Positions 18,158-27,024 of a stretch of 64,000 bases of DNA are shown in pieces (the first letter of the stretch is position 1; every line of letters begins with the position of its first letter). The translations under genes were made by a program, and so were the position numbers. Below the pieces are notes generated by a model. The model worked only from the letters and a program-made list of their open reading frames with translations. It did not search any database and was not told the origin of the DNA. Source of the DNA: Escherichia coli (GTDB taxonomy: Bacteria > Pseudomonadota > Gammaproteobacteria > Enterobacterales > Enterobacteriaceae); NCBI RefSeq assembly GCF_048403405.1, contig NZ_CP183129.1. One strand, 5' to 3'.

Positions 18158-18477
18158 TCGTCCTTCTCCTTCACCCTGCGATTAAAGGCCGCAATAACCT
18201 TGTCGCGTGCTTTCTCTGCGCCCATAAAACCGATTGATGCGCCGATAAACGTCACGGCATCTTCAGGAAACCCGAAGAAGCGCAACGACCCGGCCACGGC
18301 CATGGCAAGAACGCCGCACGCCAGCGATCCCGTTACGGTCTGAACCAGTGTTCGTCCGTCATAAAGACTCATCAGCGCGGAAATGCTGACCGCCGCGCCT
18401 ACTGCATACACCGTTGGCAGGTGGTCAAAGAGCCACGCAATAACCTGCTCTGTGATCCCTGTTTGAATGGTGCTCAC
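18154..18477 (-). CDS. holin (107 aa, multi-TM)
   Basis: The ORF-track frame was trimmed to GTG 18477, just after the X stop and preceded by GGGGGGAG. It has hydrophobic helices and a charged C-terminus (RRVKEKDE). Confidence 0.65.
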   Translation of the reverse strand: MSTIQTGITEQVIAWLFDHLPTVYAVGAAVSISALMSLYDGRTLVQTVTGSLACGVLAMAVAGSLRFFGFPEDAVTFIGASIGFMGAEKARDKVIAAFNRRVKEKDE

Positions 18478-18479
18478 TG

Positions 18480-18686
18480 CTACTCCCCCCACAACTGAAT
18501 CATTTCTCGTTTCTTCTTCTCCGGCTCCGGCATCTCCACGTCCTGCCCGGCGTCCAGAAATACCTGCTGACAGAGTCCGGGGTTGGCATCCAGCACCTTT
18601 TCGGTGGCGCCCTGCGTCGTGCCGTAGTACCGGAAACAGAGCGAATCCACGGTGTCGCCTTCCAGTGCCTTCACTTTCATCAGCAC
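18480..18686 (-). CDS. X: tail protein X (LysM-like)
   Basis: ORF track 68 aa, MLMKVKALEGDTVDSLCFRYYG..., P2 X family. Confidence 0.85.
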   Translation of the reverse strand: MLMKVKALEGDTVDSLCFRYYGTTQGATEKVLDANPGLCQQVFLDAGQDVEMPEPEKKKREMIQLWGE

Positions 18687-19183
18687 AGCTCCGCAAAAAT
18701 TCGCGGGCGGCGCAGAATGTCAGAGATGGCCCAGCTCACATCGCGCCACAAATCCGATGTCTGTATATCCAGTGCGTCCGCCCGGCGGTCGCCCTTATCC
18801 GTTGTGTCCGCATCGCGGTAACGCTCCAGAATCAGGGCGCGCGTGGCGGTATAAACCGCATTGCGCCAGTGCCAGAGATTGACGCTTTCTCCGTTAATTA
18901 CGGGTGCCGGAACATCGGCCAGCGTCTGATGGCCAGCCGCCTGCTGTTCCTGCTGCCATGCTTCCAGCTCGCGGGTAACGTGAGCCACCGCCCCGGTGGC
19001 GGTATGCAGCAGGCGGGAGGTGGTCACGCGCCCCGGCAGTCGTACCGCCAGACGCAGCTCACGCAGCACAATATCCGGCCAGAATGCACCCGCTGAAATA
19101 CGGGTATCACCATCATCGGTATCGGTGATGTCGTCCTCTGCGGGGCCGGGGTTGGTTCTGGCAACCATACTCATGGGGTTCAC
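18680..19183 (-). CDS. L: head completion/stabilisation protein gpL
   Basis: ORF track 167 aa, position between M and X. Confidence 0.85.
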   Translation of the reverse strand: MNPMSMVARTNPGPAEDDITDTDDGDTRISAGAFWPDIVLRELRLAVRLPGRVTTSRLLHTATGAVAHVTRELEAWQQEQQAAGHQTLADVPAPVINGESVNLWHWRNAVYTATRALILERYRDADTTDKGDRRADALDIQTSDLWRDVSWAISDILRRPRIFAELC

Positions 19184-19275
19184 TCCTGAAAAAATCGGGC
19201 GGTGGGTGCGCGGTGTAAACGGTCACGGAGTCAAACCGGAACACCGCGCACGCCGCCCGCTGACGGGGTCAGTCG

Positions 19276-20076
19276 TTAACCGCGCTTCGCCTTCTGCGTC
19301 GCGGTGGTTTTTCGTGTTGCAGGCTTCCGCGTTGTCTTTTTACTTTTGCTGCTTTCGTCCTGCGCCTGCGGTGCGCTGGCGTCTTCTGGTTCGGCTGCGG
19401 AATCGGCTTTTTTCAGGGCGCGGGAAAGGGTTGCAATCTCGCGTTTCACACCTGCGTTCGGGTTCAGGTGCATCGCTTCGCGCAGCAGCTTCAGTGATAA
19501 GGCCATGTTGTCTGCATCGGTCAGACCACGACGGGCAAAGGCGCACGCCTTGCATAATTTGGCGCGCACTTCGTCCGGCATATCCTGGTTGGCGACAATT
19601 TCCCAAAGTGTGTCCAGTGGTTCGATAAAGGCGGACAAATCCGCGTCGGCATCCGTCCCGGCCTGCGTCAGTACCGGGTTGCAGATTTCTTCGGTCAGTA
19701 CCGTGGCAGCAGTACGGCCAAAGTTATCCGGCATGATGAGGTTGTGACGGACCACATACGCACCAATACGCAGCGCAAGCGGAAGATCGCCGCAGTCAAT
19801 TGCCCACACCATCAGCGTGGCAATCACTTCATCCTGCTGCCCGCCGTCAGCCTCCAGCGTTCCCTCAATCCAGCCGGAAAAATCCGGCAACAACTCTTTT
19901 TTGATGGCGGCTTTCGCGCTTCTGGCCTGTACGCCCTTAAGCCGGGCCTGTGCCAGACGCAGACGATACAGCACCTCTTCATGCGCGGTACGCGCGGCGT
20001 GGTCCACGCCTTCATTCGCCCGGCCTGCGCGCTGTGCCATCACGTTCTGCCAGTGTTGCTGTGCAGGAGTAATCAT
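19276..20076 (-). CDS. M: terminase small (endonuclease) subunit gpM
   Basis: ORF track 266 aa with a basic C-terminal tail, position after N. Confidence 0.9.
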   Translation of the reverse strand: MITPAQQHWQNVMAQRAGRANEGVDHAARTAHEEVLYRLRLAQARLKGVQARSAKAAIKKELLPDFSGWIEGTLEADGGQQDEVIATLMVWAIDCGDLPLALRIGAYVVRHNLIMPDNFGRTAATVLTEEICNPVLTQAGTDADADLSAFIEPLDTLWEIVANQDMPDEVRAKLCKACAFARRGLTDADNMALSLKLLREAMHLNPNAGVKREIATLSRALKKADSAAEPEDASAPQAQDESSKSKKTTRKPATRKTTATQKAKRG

Positions 20077-20121
20077 TTGTTCTCTCCGTTACTGGCGGGC
20101 ATGATGCCCGCCGTGAGTTGA

Positions 20122-21174
20122 TTAGCTGTCGGCGAACTTCAGGCCAGTGACCATCGCGCACTTGCCATAGTCTTCAACGACATAAGCGTCATTGATGGAC
20201 TGGTAGGTGGCGATGCGGTTGTATTCCGGCTCGTCTTTCATCAGACGACGCATTGAACCTTTCTGCCAGTAAATCGACAGGTTGTTGAACGAGGTGATCA
20301 GCATCGTTGCATCCGGGAAGAACGGCGCAAGGAACACACCCAGCCCGCCAATGGTGCGCGATGACAGGATGAGCTGCCCGGCGAGTAATTCCGCATTGGG
20401 ATTCTGGCCGCTGATGCTGTTCAGCACGGGCAGACGCAGCGAGTTAAACAGGTTGCGCCCCATAATCACCACGAGGTCGTCAGCTTCCTTGTGCCATTCA
20501 TCCAGCAGGGATGAGCGTGCGTCCTGAACCAGTGCATCAGCATTCGCATACTTACCCGCGTGCGCCACGGTGTTGTCCATGTTGCGGGAGGTCAGCGTCA
20601 CGTCATTCATTACGCGCGCGCTGGCATTGGTTCTGATGTGCTTCAGCCACCCCACGTTAACGTCCTGAAGCAGCTTGTTGGTGCTGAAGTTGGACTCATC
20701 CGCGTGAGACGTGCCGTTGAAACCGATCATGATGCGGTCAAGCGCCACCTGCCGGGCAATCTGTGTGCTGACGCGTGACTGAAAATCAGGGTGTGCCGCC
20801 CAGGCATCAAGCTGCGGATACGAAATAAACGTGTCGTAGTTCACCTGTTCGCACTGATATTTGCGGTTTTTCAGATCAACCACGTTATTCGGGTTACGGC
20901 GTTTTGTGCCGTCATAACTGGTATTCGTGCGCGCAATCGGCCCGGTGGTGTCCAGGAGGATTTTTTCGCCTTTCTGGTCGGTCACACCGAACACGTTAAT
21001 TTTTTTTGTAAATTCAGTGCTCTCCTTTACTGCGTTTTCAAAACGCTGCTGCACCGAGGGTTCCACGGTAAATCGCGATACCAGTGCAGATACCGGGATG
21101 TTGTTAAGCGACGCCTGCTGCGCCATATAGCAACCCAGCTTGTTGCGGGTAATATCTGACATCACCAGATTCAT
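20122..21174 (-). CDS. N: major capsid protein gpN
   Basis: ..RFTVEPSVQQ.. and the overall pattern match P2 N (KKFTVEPSVTQ). An AAGGAG lies 10 nt before ATG 21174. An alternative start is at 21162. Confidence 0.95.
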   Translation of the reverse strand: MNLVMSDITRNKLGCYMAQQASLNNIPVSALVSRFTVEPSVQQRFENAVKESTEFTKKINVFGVTDQKGEKILLDTTGPIARTNTSYDGTKRRNPNNVVDLKNRKYQCEQVNYDTFISYPQLDAWAAHPDFQSRVSTQIARQVALDRIMIGFNGTSHADESNFSTNKLLQDVNVGWLKHIRTNASARVMNDVTLTSRNMDNTVAHAGKYANADALVQDARSSLLDEWHKEADDLVVIMGRNLFNSLRLPVLNSISGQNPNAELLAGQLILSSRTIGGLGVFLAPFFPDATMLITSFNNLSIYWQKGSMRRLMKDEPEYNRIATYQSINDAYVVEDYGKCAMVTGLKFADS

Positions 21175-21197
21175 AAAAAATTTGCTCCTTTGTCTTA

Positions 21198-22034
21198 TCA
21201 GAAGTCAGCCAGTTGATCGGAGGCTGCGCCTGTTGCGGTGAACCGGTTCTGCGGATCGCCGTCCTGCGTGCGCAGTTTTTCCTTCAGTGCTGTCAGCTCT
21301 GTGGTCAGTAAAGTGATTTTCTGGCTGTCCTGCTGATGGCGGGTTTCCAGCGCATTAAAACGGTCGATAATGTCGGCCTGTGACGTTGCGACACCTTCCA
21401 CCGCTTCCTGAATACGGGAGAAACTGGCGTCATCCGCTTTGCGGCCACGGCCAATAATCCCCATAACGCGGTTAAACCACTGGGTGCCTTCTTCCTGACG
21501 TTGTTCGGTGAGTTCGATAAGTTCTGACTCCATAGCGGCGGTAAACATCGCCACGTCTCCCTGCTGACAGTTGAATGTCATCAGTTGCATACGTTGTTGT
21601 GCCGCAAAGGCCAGACGTTCCGTGCCCAGGCTGGCGGGGGTGTCGGTCATTGCCAGCCCGCGCAGGTAAGGGCCTCCCGTGATGGTTGACTGTGGTTCCA
21701 GCTCAATACTGGAGTAAATTTTTTTACCATCGTTAAGCAGGGACATCATGCGAGCGGTCGGCTCAATTTCGGCATACAGTGCCGTGCGACCTGCCAGCGG
21801 GCCATCGGTTATGTCTTCGGTGCTCAACCCCACAACATCGCCCATAGCGGAAAACTCGCTACCGGGGAGTGGTGACAGGATGTGCTCAATATTCACACGT
21901 GCACCATAAACGGACGGGTTATAACTGGTGGCGGCAGCTTTCAGCATGTCGCCGTTGATTTCGCGCCCGTCTGCCGTTACACCGGAGACAGCCACGCGAA
22001 ACTTTTTGCGGGATGTCTTTTTTTCATTAGCCAT
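21198..22034 (-). CDS. O: capsid scaffold protein gpO
   Basis: Trimmed to ATG 22034 (MANEKKTSRKKFRVAVSGVTADGREI..), which parallels P2 O (MAKKVSKFFRIGVEGDTCDGRVI..). Confidence 0.9.
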   Translation of the reverse strand: MANEKKTSRKKFRVAVSGVTADGREINGDMLKAAATSYNPSVYGARVNIEHILSPLPGSEFSAMGDVVGLSTEDITDGPLAGRTALYAEIEPTARMMSLLNDGKKIYSSIELEPQSTITGGPYLRGLAMTDTPASLGTERLAFAAQQRMQLMTFNCQQGDVAMFTAAMESELIELTEQRQEEGTQWFNRVMGIIGRGRKADDASFSRIQEAVEGVATSQADIIDRFNALETRHQQDSQKITLLTTELTALKEKLRTQDGDPQNRFTATGAASDQLADF

Positions 22035-22100
22035 AGTTTTTGCCCCTCTGACTGGTTCTTCAGTCATGATGGCAAAGCGTAACAGGCTGATACAAAGGGC

Positions 22101-22126
22101 TTTTGTTGTAAGAAAACAGTCAGAAC
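22101..22126 (+). promoter_or_regulatory. candidate late-promoter activator box TTTTGTTGT-N12-AGAAC in the O/P divergent region
   Basis: Same motif as 3182-3207, centred about 73 nt before the P ATG. Confidence 0.3.
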
Positions 22127-22188
22127 AGGGGGTTAAGGAGAACGGTTTCGCGCGCGGGTAATCTTCCTGTAATTACTCAGGGGGAGCA

Positions 22189-23940
22189 ATGATTCAGGAC
22201 GCTTTTGTGCGCCAGCGTGCGCGACAACTTTACTGGCAGGGTTATCCGCCCGCAGAAATATCACGTCTGATGGGAATAAACCCGAACACGATTTATGCGT
22301 GGAAAAAACGCGACCAGTGGGATGAAACGCCACCCGTGCAGCGTGTCACGCAGTCCATCGATGCGCGCCTCATCCAGCTTACTGAAAAACAGAATAAAAC
22401 AGGCGGTGACTTTAAGGAAATAGACCTGCTGACCCGGCAACTTAAAAAGCTGCATGATGGCCAGCCGGATGTGATGGCCGCAGGAAAGAAAGGCCGGGCG
22501 AAAAAACTCAAAAATCATTTCACGCCGGAACAGATTGCCGCACTGCGGGAAAAAATCATCAGCAGGCTGGAGTGGCATCAGCGGGGCTGGTTTGACTCCC
22601 TGACCCTTTGCAGGGAAGCCGGGATACGTAACAGGATGATCCTGAAATCCCGACAGATTGGGGCGACCTGGTATTTTGCACAGGAAGCACTGCTGATGGC
22701 GCTGCGTGACGATGTGGTGCAACCTTATCAGCGTAACCAGATTTTTTTGTCTGCGTCGCGTCGTCAGGCGTTCCAGTTTAAAAGCATTATTCAGAAGGCC
22801 GCGGCTGAAGTTGATGTGGAGCTGAAAGGGGGCGATAAAATCATCCTCTCCAACGGCGCAGAGCTGCATTTTCTCGGCACTTCTGCTGCGTCGGCACAGT
22901 CCTATACGGGCAATTTTTATTTTGATGAATTCTTCTGGGTCAGTCGCTTTGCTGAACTGCGCAAGGTGGCTGGCGCTATGGCAACCCTCAGCGGACTGCG
23001 GCGCACCTACTTCTCCACGCCATCCACCGAAACGCACGAGGCATACGCCTACTGGAACGGCGACCGCTGGAACGAGAAAAAGGCCACGCATAAACGCCAG
23101 CGTTTTTCTGTGGACTGGAAAACGCTGCATAACGGGCTTATCTGCCCTGACCGGACGTGGCGGCAAATTGTCACGCTGGAAGATGTGGTTAATCACGGCT
23201 GGAAACACACCGATATTGATGAAATTCGTGATGAAAACACCGAAGACGAGTTCCTCAATCTCTATATGTGTGAGTTTGTCCGCGAAGGGGAATCGGCATT
23301 TAACCTGAATATCCTGATTGGCTGCGGTGTTGACGGATACGACGACTGGAAAGACTGGAAACCTTTTGCTCCCCGCCCGATGGGGAATCGCCCGGTATGG
23401 ATTGGGTATGACGCAAACGGCAGCAGTGGCAACGGCGACAGCGGCGCTGTGTCCGTGGTGGTTCCTCCGGCTGTTCCTGGTGGCCGTTTTCGAACGGTGG
23501 AGACGCGACGCGTTCAGGGGCTGGAGTTTGAAGAACAGGCCAGAGTCATTGAAGAGTTCACGTGTCGCTACAACGTGGAACACATCGGCATTGATGTGAC
23601 GGGCGGGAACGGGGAGGCTGTTTATCAGATAGTGAAACGGTTTTTCCCTGCCGCTATTCCGTACACCTTCACGCTGTCATCAAAACGGTCGCTGGTACTG
23701 AAAATGCTGCAAATAATGCGTGCCGGGCGGTGGGAATACGATCGCGCCGAACGCGAGCTGGTCGCGGCCTTTAACGCCGTGCGTAAGGTGAAAACACCGG
23801 GCGGCTTTATCACTTACGAAACGGACCGCGCGAGGGGGATCAGCCACGGCGACCTTGCGTGGGCAACCATGCTTGCTGTCATTAACGAACCAATTGGCGG
23901 CGAAGGAGAAAACGAGCGTTTCACGGTTATGGAGTTCTGA
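22189..23940 (+). CDS. P: terminase large (ATPase) subunit gpP
   Basis: ORF track 583 aa, P2 P family, divergent from O. Confidence 0.95.
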   Translation: MIQDAFVRQRARQLYWQGYPPAEISRLMGINPNTIYAWKKRDQWDETPPVQRVTQSIDARLIQLTEKQNKTGGDFKEIDLLTRQLKKLHDGQPDVMAAGKKGRAKKLKNHFTPEQIAALREKIISRLEWHQRGWFDSLTLCREAGIRNRMILKSRQIGATWYFAQEALLMALRDDVVQPYQRNQIFLSASRRQAFQFKSIIQKAAAEVDVELKGGDKIILSNGAELHFLGTSAASAQSYTGNFYFDEFFWVSRFAELRKVAGAMATLSGLRRTYFSTPSTETHEAYAYWNGDRWNEKKATHKRQRFSVDWKTLHNGLICPDRTWRQIVTLEDVVNHGWKHTDIDEIRDENTEDEFLNLYMCEFVREGESAFNLNILIGCGVDGYDDWKDWKPFAPRPMGNRPVWIGYDANGSSGNGDSGAVSVVVPPAVPGGRFRTVETRRVQGLEFEEQARVIEEFTCRYNVEHIGIDVTGGNGEAVYQIVKRFFPAAIPYTFTLSSKRSLVLKMLQIMRAGRWEYDRAERELVAAFNAVRKVKTPGGFITYETDRARGISHGDLAWATMLAVINEPIGGEGENERFTVMEF

Positions 23941-24986
23941 TGAGCAGAAAAAATAAAAAAGTGCGCATGAGTTCACGCATTGATCTCGCTGATGCGCTCA
24001 GGAAAGAATCATCGCTCAGTGCATTCACATTTGATGGTCCTTATCGCCTGACCGGGCATGACCTGCTGGACAATATGTACTGTGCTGATAACGGGCGGTG
24101 GTATGAAACCCCGGTGGACTGGTACGGTCTGGCAAGAGCCGCCCGGCAAACGTCCTGGCATCAGTCTGCGCTTTACTTTAAGCGCAATGTATTACTCGGT
24201 TGCTACATCCCGCACCCGCTGCTTTCCCGGCAGGATTTCTCGGCGCTGGCGCTGGACTGGTTTGTGTTCGGTAACGCATTCCTTGAGCTTCGGAGCAATA
24301 TGCTCGGCGAACCGCTTAAATTACGGCACGCCCTGGCGAAATACATGCGACGCGGAAGCGATCTTGAATCATGGTGGTATGTGCAGGATGGCAAGGACGC
24401 GTTCCAGTTTCGCCCTGGCAAAGTGTGCCACCTGATGAATCCGGATATTAACCAGGAAATCTACGGCATGCCGGAATATCTTGGCGCATTACTCTCGGCC
24501 AGCCTTTCTCATTCGGCGGACATGTTCAGAAAACTGTACTACGACAACGGATCCCACGCCGGGTGCATCATCTACATCGGTGCAGCGCAGGTAAACCGCG
24601 AAAGCATGGACTCCCTGAAAGAAACGTTACAGGGTGCGCGTGGTGGTGGTGCATTTAAAAACGTGCTCATTCATGCGCCCAACGGGGGCAAAGAAGGGGT
24701 GCAAATTTTGCCGTTCCAGCAGATCACCGCAAAAGATGAGTTCATGAATGTTAAGGCGGCATCCCGTGATGATGTGCTGGCTGCGCACCGCGTTCCGCCG
24801 CAACTGATGGGGGCGATGCCGGGCGAAAAAAGTGCGTTTGGTGATGTGGAGAAGGCCGCGCGGGTTTACGCAATTAACGAGCTGATGCCCGTCATGGAGG
24901 CCATGAAGCACATCAATGACTGGCTTGGCGAAGAGGTGATCCGCTTTAACCCTTACGCACTGTTAGACACCCAGCCCACATCCTGA
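23940..24986 (+). CDS. Q: portal protein gpQ
   Basis: ORF track 348 aa, P2 Q family, with an ATGA overlap with P. Confidence 0.95.
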   Translation: MSRKNKKVRMSSRIDLADALRKESSLSAFTFDGPYRLTGHDLLDNMYCADNGRWYETPVDWYGLARAARQTSWHQSALYFKRNVLLGCYIPHPLLSRQDFSALALDWFVFGNAFLELRSNMLGEPLKLRHALAKYMRRGSDLESWWYVQDGKDAFQFRPGKVCHLMNPDINQEIYGMPEYLGALLSASLSHSADMFRKLYYDNGSHAGCIIYIGAAQVNRESMDSLKETLQGARGGGAFKNVLIHAPNGGKEGVQILPFQQITAKDEFMNVKAASRDDVLAAHRVPPQLMGAMPGEKSAFGDVEKAARVYAINELMPVMEAMKHINDWLGEEVIRFNPYALLDTQPTS

Positions 24987-25012
24987 CGCGCTTCGCTTGT
25001 CTGCTGCTTCGC

Positions 25013-25037
25013 CGGGGCATAAAAAATTTATGCCCCG
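25013..25037 (+). terminator. hairpin after Q
   Basis: CGGGGCAT-AAAAAATTT-ATGCCCCG. Confidence 0.5.
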
Positions 25038-25199
25038 ACTCTCCAGCTCCTGTATCAGTCAGATAATTTCACGACGCTTTCCTGCTGATTGCCATCATCG
25101 ACAGTCAGACTCTTACGCAATCCCACCGCGTTGACTGCATGTTCTCGCCGTCTCAGTGCGATTTTGACGGCCTTACCTTTCACCCCATCAAATCAAAAG

Positions 25200-25450
25200 C
25201 CCTCACGTCTTTTTCACGCTCAGCGTGAGAAATACAGCCATTCTGTTGTGTCTCTGCGACATCGTTCAGGGGATGCTATTTACCCCCTGAAACGCGGGCT
25301 GTTCCCCCGTCACCTGCGCGCAGAAAAAGCGCGTTTTTTTGTGCACGCACGGATCCTTGACGGATCCAGCCGCCATGCGGGCCGGAAGGGTAAAAAGTCG
25401 TTCAAAAAAATTGTGCAAATTTGTGCACTTTTGTGCAGGTAAGCATGCCT
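25200..25450. other. probable cos / packaging region (exact cohesive ends not identified)
   Basis: This is the non-coding stretch next to the portal gene, as in P2. The segment CCGTCACCTGCGCGCAG (25306-25322) resembles my memory of the reverse complement of the sequence adjoining the P2 cos end. No G-rich 19-mer like P2/186 was found. Confidence 0.3.
25411..25440. repeat. three perfectly phased 10-bp direct repeats TTGTGCA(AAT/CTT/GGT); a fourth TTGTGCAC at 25339-25346
   Basis: Read directly from the sequence. They lie between the putative cos and the cargo promoter. Confidence 0.8.
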
Positions 25451-25456
25451 ATATAT

Positions 25457-25485
25457 TTGACCGTGGCTTGCCTTTGATGTAGTTT
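25457..25485 (+). promoter_or_regulatory. sigma70-like promoter candidate for the cargo operon (TTGACC-17-TAGTTT)
   Basis: Hexamers read by eye. Followed by the small inverted repeat AACCAC-N5-GTGGTT (25498-25514). Confidence 0.3.
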
Positions 25486-25537
25486 ATACGTCACAAAAAC
25501 CACAAAACGTGGTTATGATTTCTATGAGGGGGTTGAT

Positions 25538-25573
25538 ATGAAAAAAATGTATGATGAATTTGATGGTTTCTAA
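25538..25573 (+). CDS. 11-codon mini-ORF MKKMYDEFDGF (possible leader peptide)
   Basis: GAGGGGG lies 5 nt upstream of the ATG. The stop is 20 nt before the terminator hairpin. It is too short for statistics. Confidence 0.3.
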   Translation: MKKMYDEFDGF

Positions 25574-25593
25574 GCTACGTTGACCTCTAATGA

Positions 25594-25621
25594 GGCGGGG
25601 ATTTGCTCCCCGCCTTTTTTA
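25594..25621 (+). terminator. intrinsic terminator / attenuator 14 nt upstream of the first cargo gene
   Basis: GGCGGGGA-TTTGC-TCCCCGCC followed by TTTTTTAT. Confidence 0.7.
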
Positions 25622-25634
25622 TGGATGAAATAGG

Positions 25635-26132
25635 ATGAACCCAATAACACTACAAATCATCAGCAATGCTATTGTTCTGCTTGGCGTTTTGGTTGCCATT
25701 GGAACCATTATCTACAATGTGCGTACCGCAAAAAAAACTCAAACGGCCAACTTTCTTTTTGAGAGTCGGCAAGATATGCAATATATAGAGTCATTGCATA
25801 CCCTGAAACAAGTGCATCGTTCAGGCAAATCATTTCGTTCTTATGTTTTTCCTTGTGATGGTTGCATAATAACAGATGAAGAAATGGCCGAGCGTCGAAA
25901 ATTTCAATATATTTTAAATTTTTACGAGCGAGTTGCTGTAAGTATTCGTGAAGGTATTTATGATGAAAAAATGATAAAAAGAACATCTTACACAACAGTT
26001 GTAGAGACATATGATATTGCCGAGCCATTAATTAAAGCAATCAGAGAAAGCATTAATTCGGATACTACATATCAAGAATTCGAATGGTTAGTAAGAAGAT
26101 GGAAAGCTAATCCTTTACGGAAAAACAAATAA
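25635..26132 (+). CDS. cargo protein 1: single N-terminal TM helix plus ~130-aa helical soluble domain, function unknown (reminiscent of DUF4760-type proteins)
   Basis: ORF track 165 aa, AT-rich. There are no enzyme motifs I can recognise. Confidence 0.8.
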   Translation: MNPITLQIISNAIVLLGVLVAIGTIIYNVRTAKKTQTANFLFESRQDMQYIESLHTLKQVHRSGKSFRSYVFPCDGCIITDEEMAERRKFQYILNFYERVAVSIREGIYDEKMIKRTSYTTVVETYDIAEPLIKAIRESINSDTTYQEFEWLVRRWKANPLRKNK

Positions 26133-26171
26133 TGTTTTACCCTTTAATTTACAAGTAACACAGGGGGAAGT

Positions 26172-27014
26172 GTGACACAGAATCCGTTTTCATTTTATGA
26201 CTTTTTGGGCTATCTAATTCCAGGTGGGTTATTCCTGTTTATCCTTTTTTTGTTTTCTATTGAAATTAACCCTGTTTATATAGAAGGTATTCTTAACCAT
26301 ATCCTGAAATATAAAGAAATAATAAGTGTATTTATATATGTGGCATTAATCGTTCTATCATATATTTCAGGTCACTTCATATCTATTCTATCATCCTGTT
26401 TAATTGAAAAATACATGAACAGTAAACTTGGGTATCCTTCAATTTATCTGTTTTCTAAAAGAAGCTCCCTGAAAATAAAACGACATAATACTAAGTTCAG
26501 TATAGTTAATTTTATTCGTGGAGTTTTTTTATTTCCTGTATCAGCTTTTGATAAAGCAGAACATCATAAAACCACACTGCATTCTATACTTATTAAAGTC
26601 TTTTGGCCGCAAATACGAGATGGTTATATAAATGTTTTTTCTGTATCTACGCTATATCGACGTAAGGGCTTGAGGGGCAATCTTTTTCGCCTTGCTTATC
26701 ATTATGTGTATGAACATTCTAAAAATCATCAGGTGAAAATGCAAAACTATGTTGCTTTGTATGGTTTTTGTAGAAACATTACATTTGTTTTTCTCGCTTC
26801 AGTCTGGTTGCTTATGTTCCTGCTCCTTCTATCCTTTTTAATAGATATAAATATCAGACTGTTACCTTTTTGTTTTCTTCTCTTGTTTTGTATTGCTGTA
26901 TCCCGAGTATTTTATTATGGTTTTGTTAAGTATTATCGCCGCTATTCTCTTGAGGTTTTAATGGCATTTGCGGTACTTCAGCACGATAAAAAAACTTCGG
27001 CAATTTCATCATGA
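26172..27014 (+). CDS. cargo protein 2: polytopic membrane protein, function unknown
   Basis: ORF track 280 aa with a GTG start after GGGGGAA. Hydrophobic helices sit at the N-terminus (FYDFLGYLIPGGLFLFILFLF, IISVFIYVALIVLSYISGHFISIL) and the C-terminus (ITFVFLASVWLLMFLLLLSFLI, LLPFCFLLLFCIAV). Confidence 0.8.
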   Translation: MTQNPFSFYDFLGYLIPGGLFLFILFLFSIEINPVYIEGILNHILKYKEIISVFIYVALIVLSYISGHFISILSSCLIEKYMNSKLGYPSIYLFSKRSSLKIKRHNTKFSIVNFIRGVFLFPVSAFDKAEHHKTTLHSILIKVFWPQIRDGYINVFSVSTLYRRKGLRGNLFRLAYHYVYEHSKNHQVKMQNYVALYGFCRNITFVFLASVWLLMFLLLLSFLIDINIRLLPFCFLLLFCIAVSRVFYYGFVKYYRRYSLEVLMAFAVLQHDKKTSAISS

Positions 27015-27024
27015 TTTGAAACAT

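Noticed and set aside
22261-23583. 440-aa minus-strand ORF inside the terminase gene
   Set aside because: It is antisense to gpP, which has clear P2 terminase similarity and correct synteny. The antisense product has biased composition.
25089-25442. 117-aa plus-strand ORF in the cos region
   Set aside because: It has no SD, is Arg/Ser-rich, and spans the packaging/repeat region that is non-coding in P2-like phages.
25592-25601. GAGGCGGGGA, identical to the core of the P2 cohesive end as I remember it (GGCGAGGCGGGGAAAGCAC), considered as the cos site
   Set aside because: It forms the left arm of a perfect terminator hairpin with TCCCCGCC plus a U-tract. It lies about 600 bp from Q rather than about 130 bp. 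The flanking bases do not match the 19-mer.
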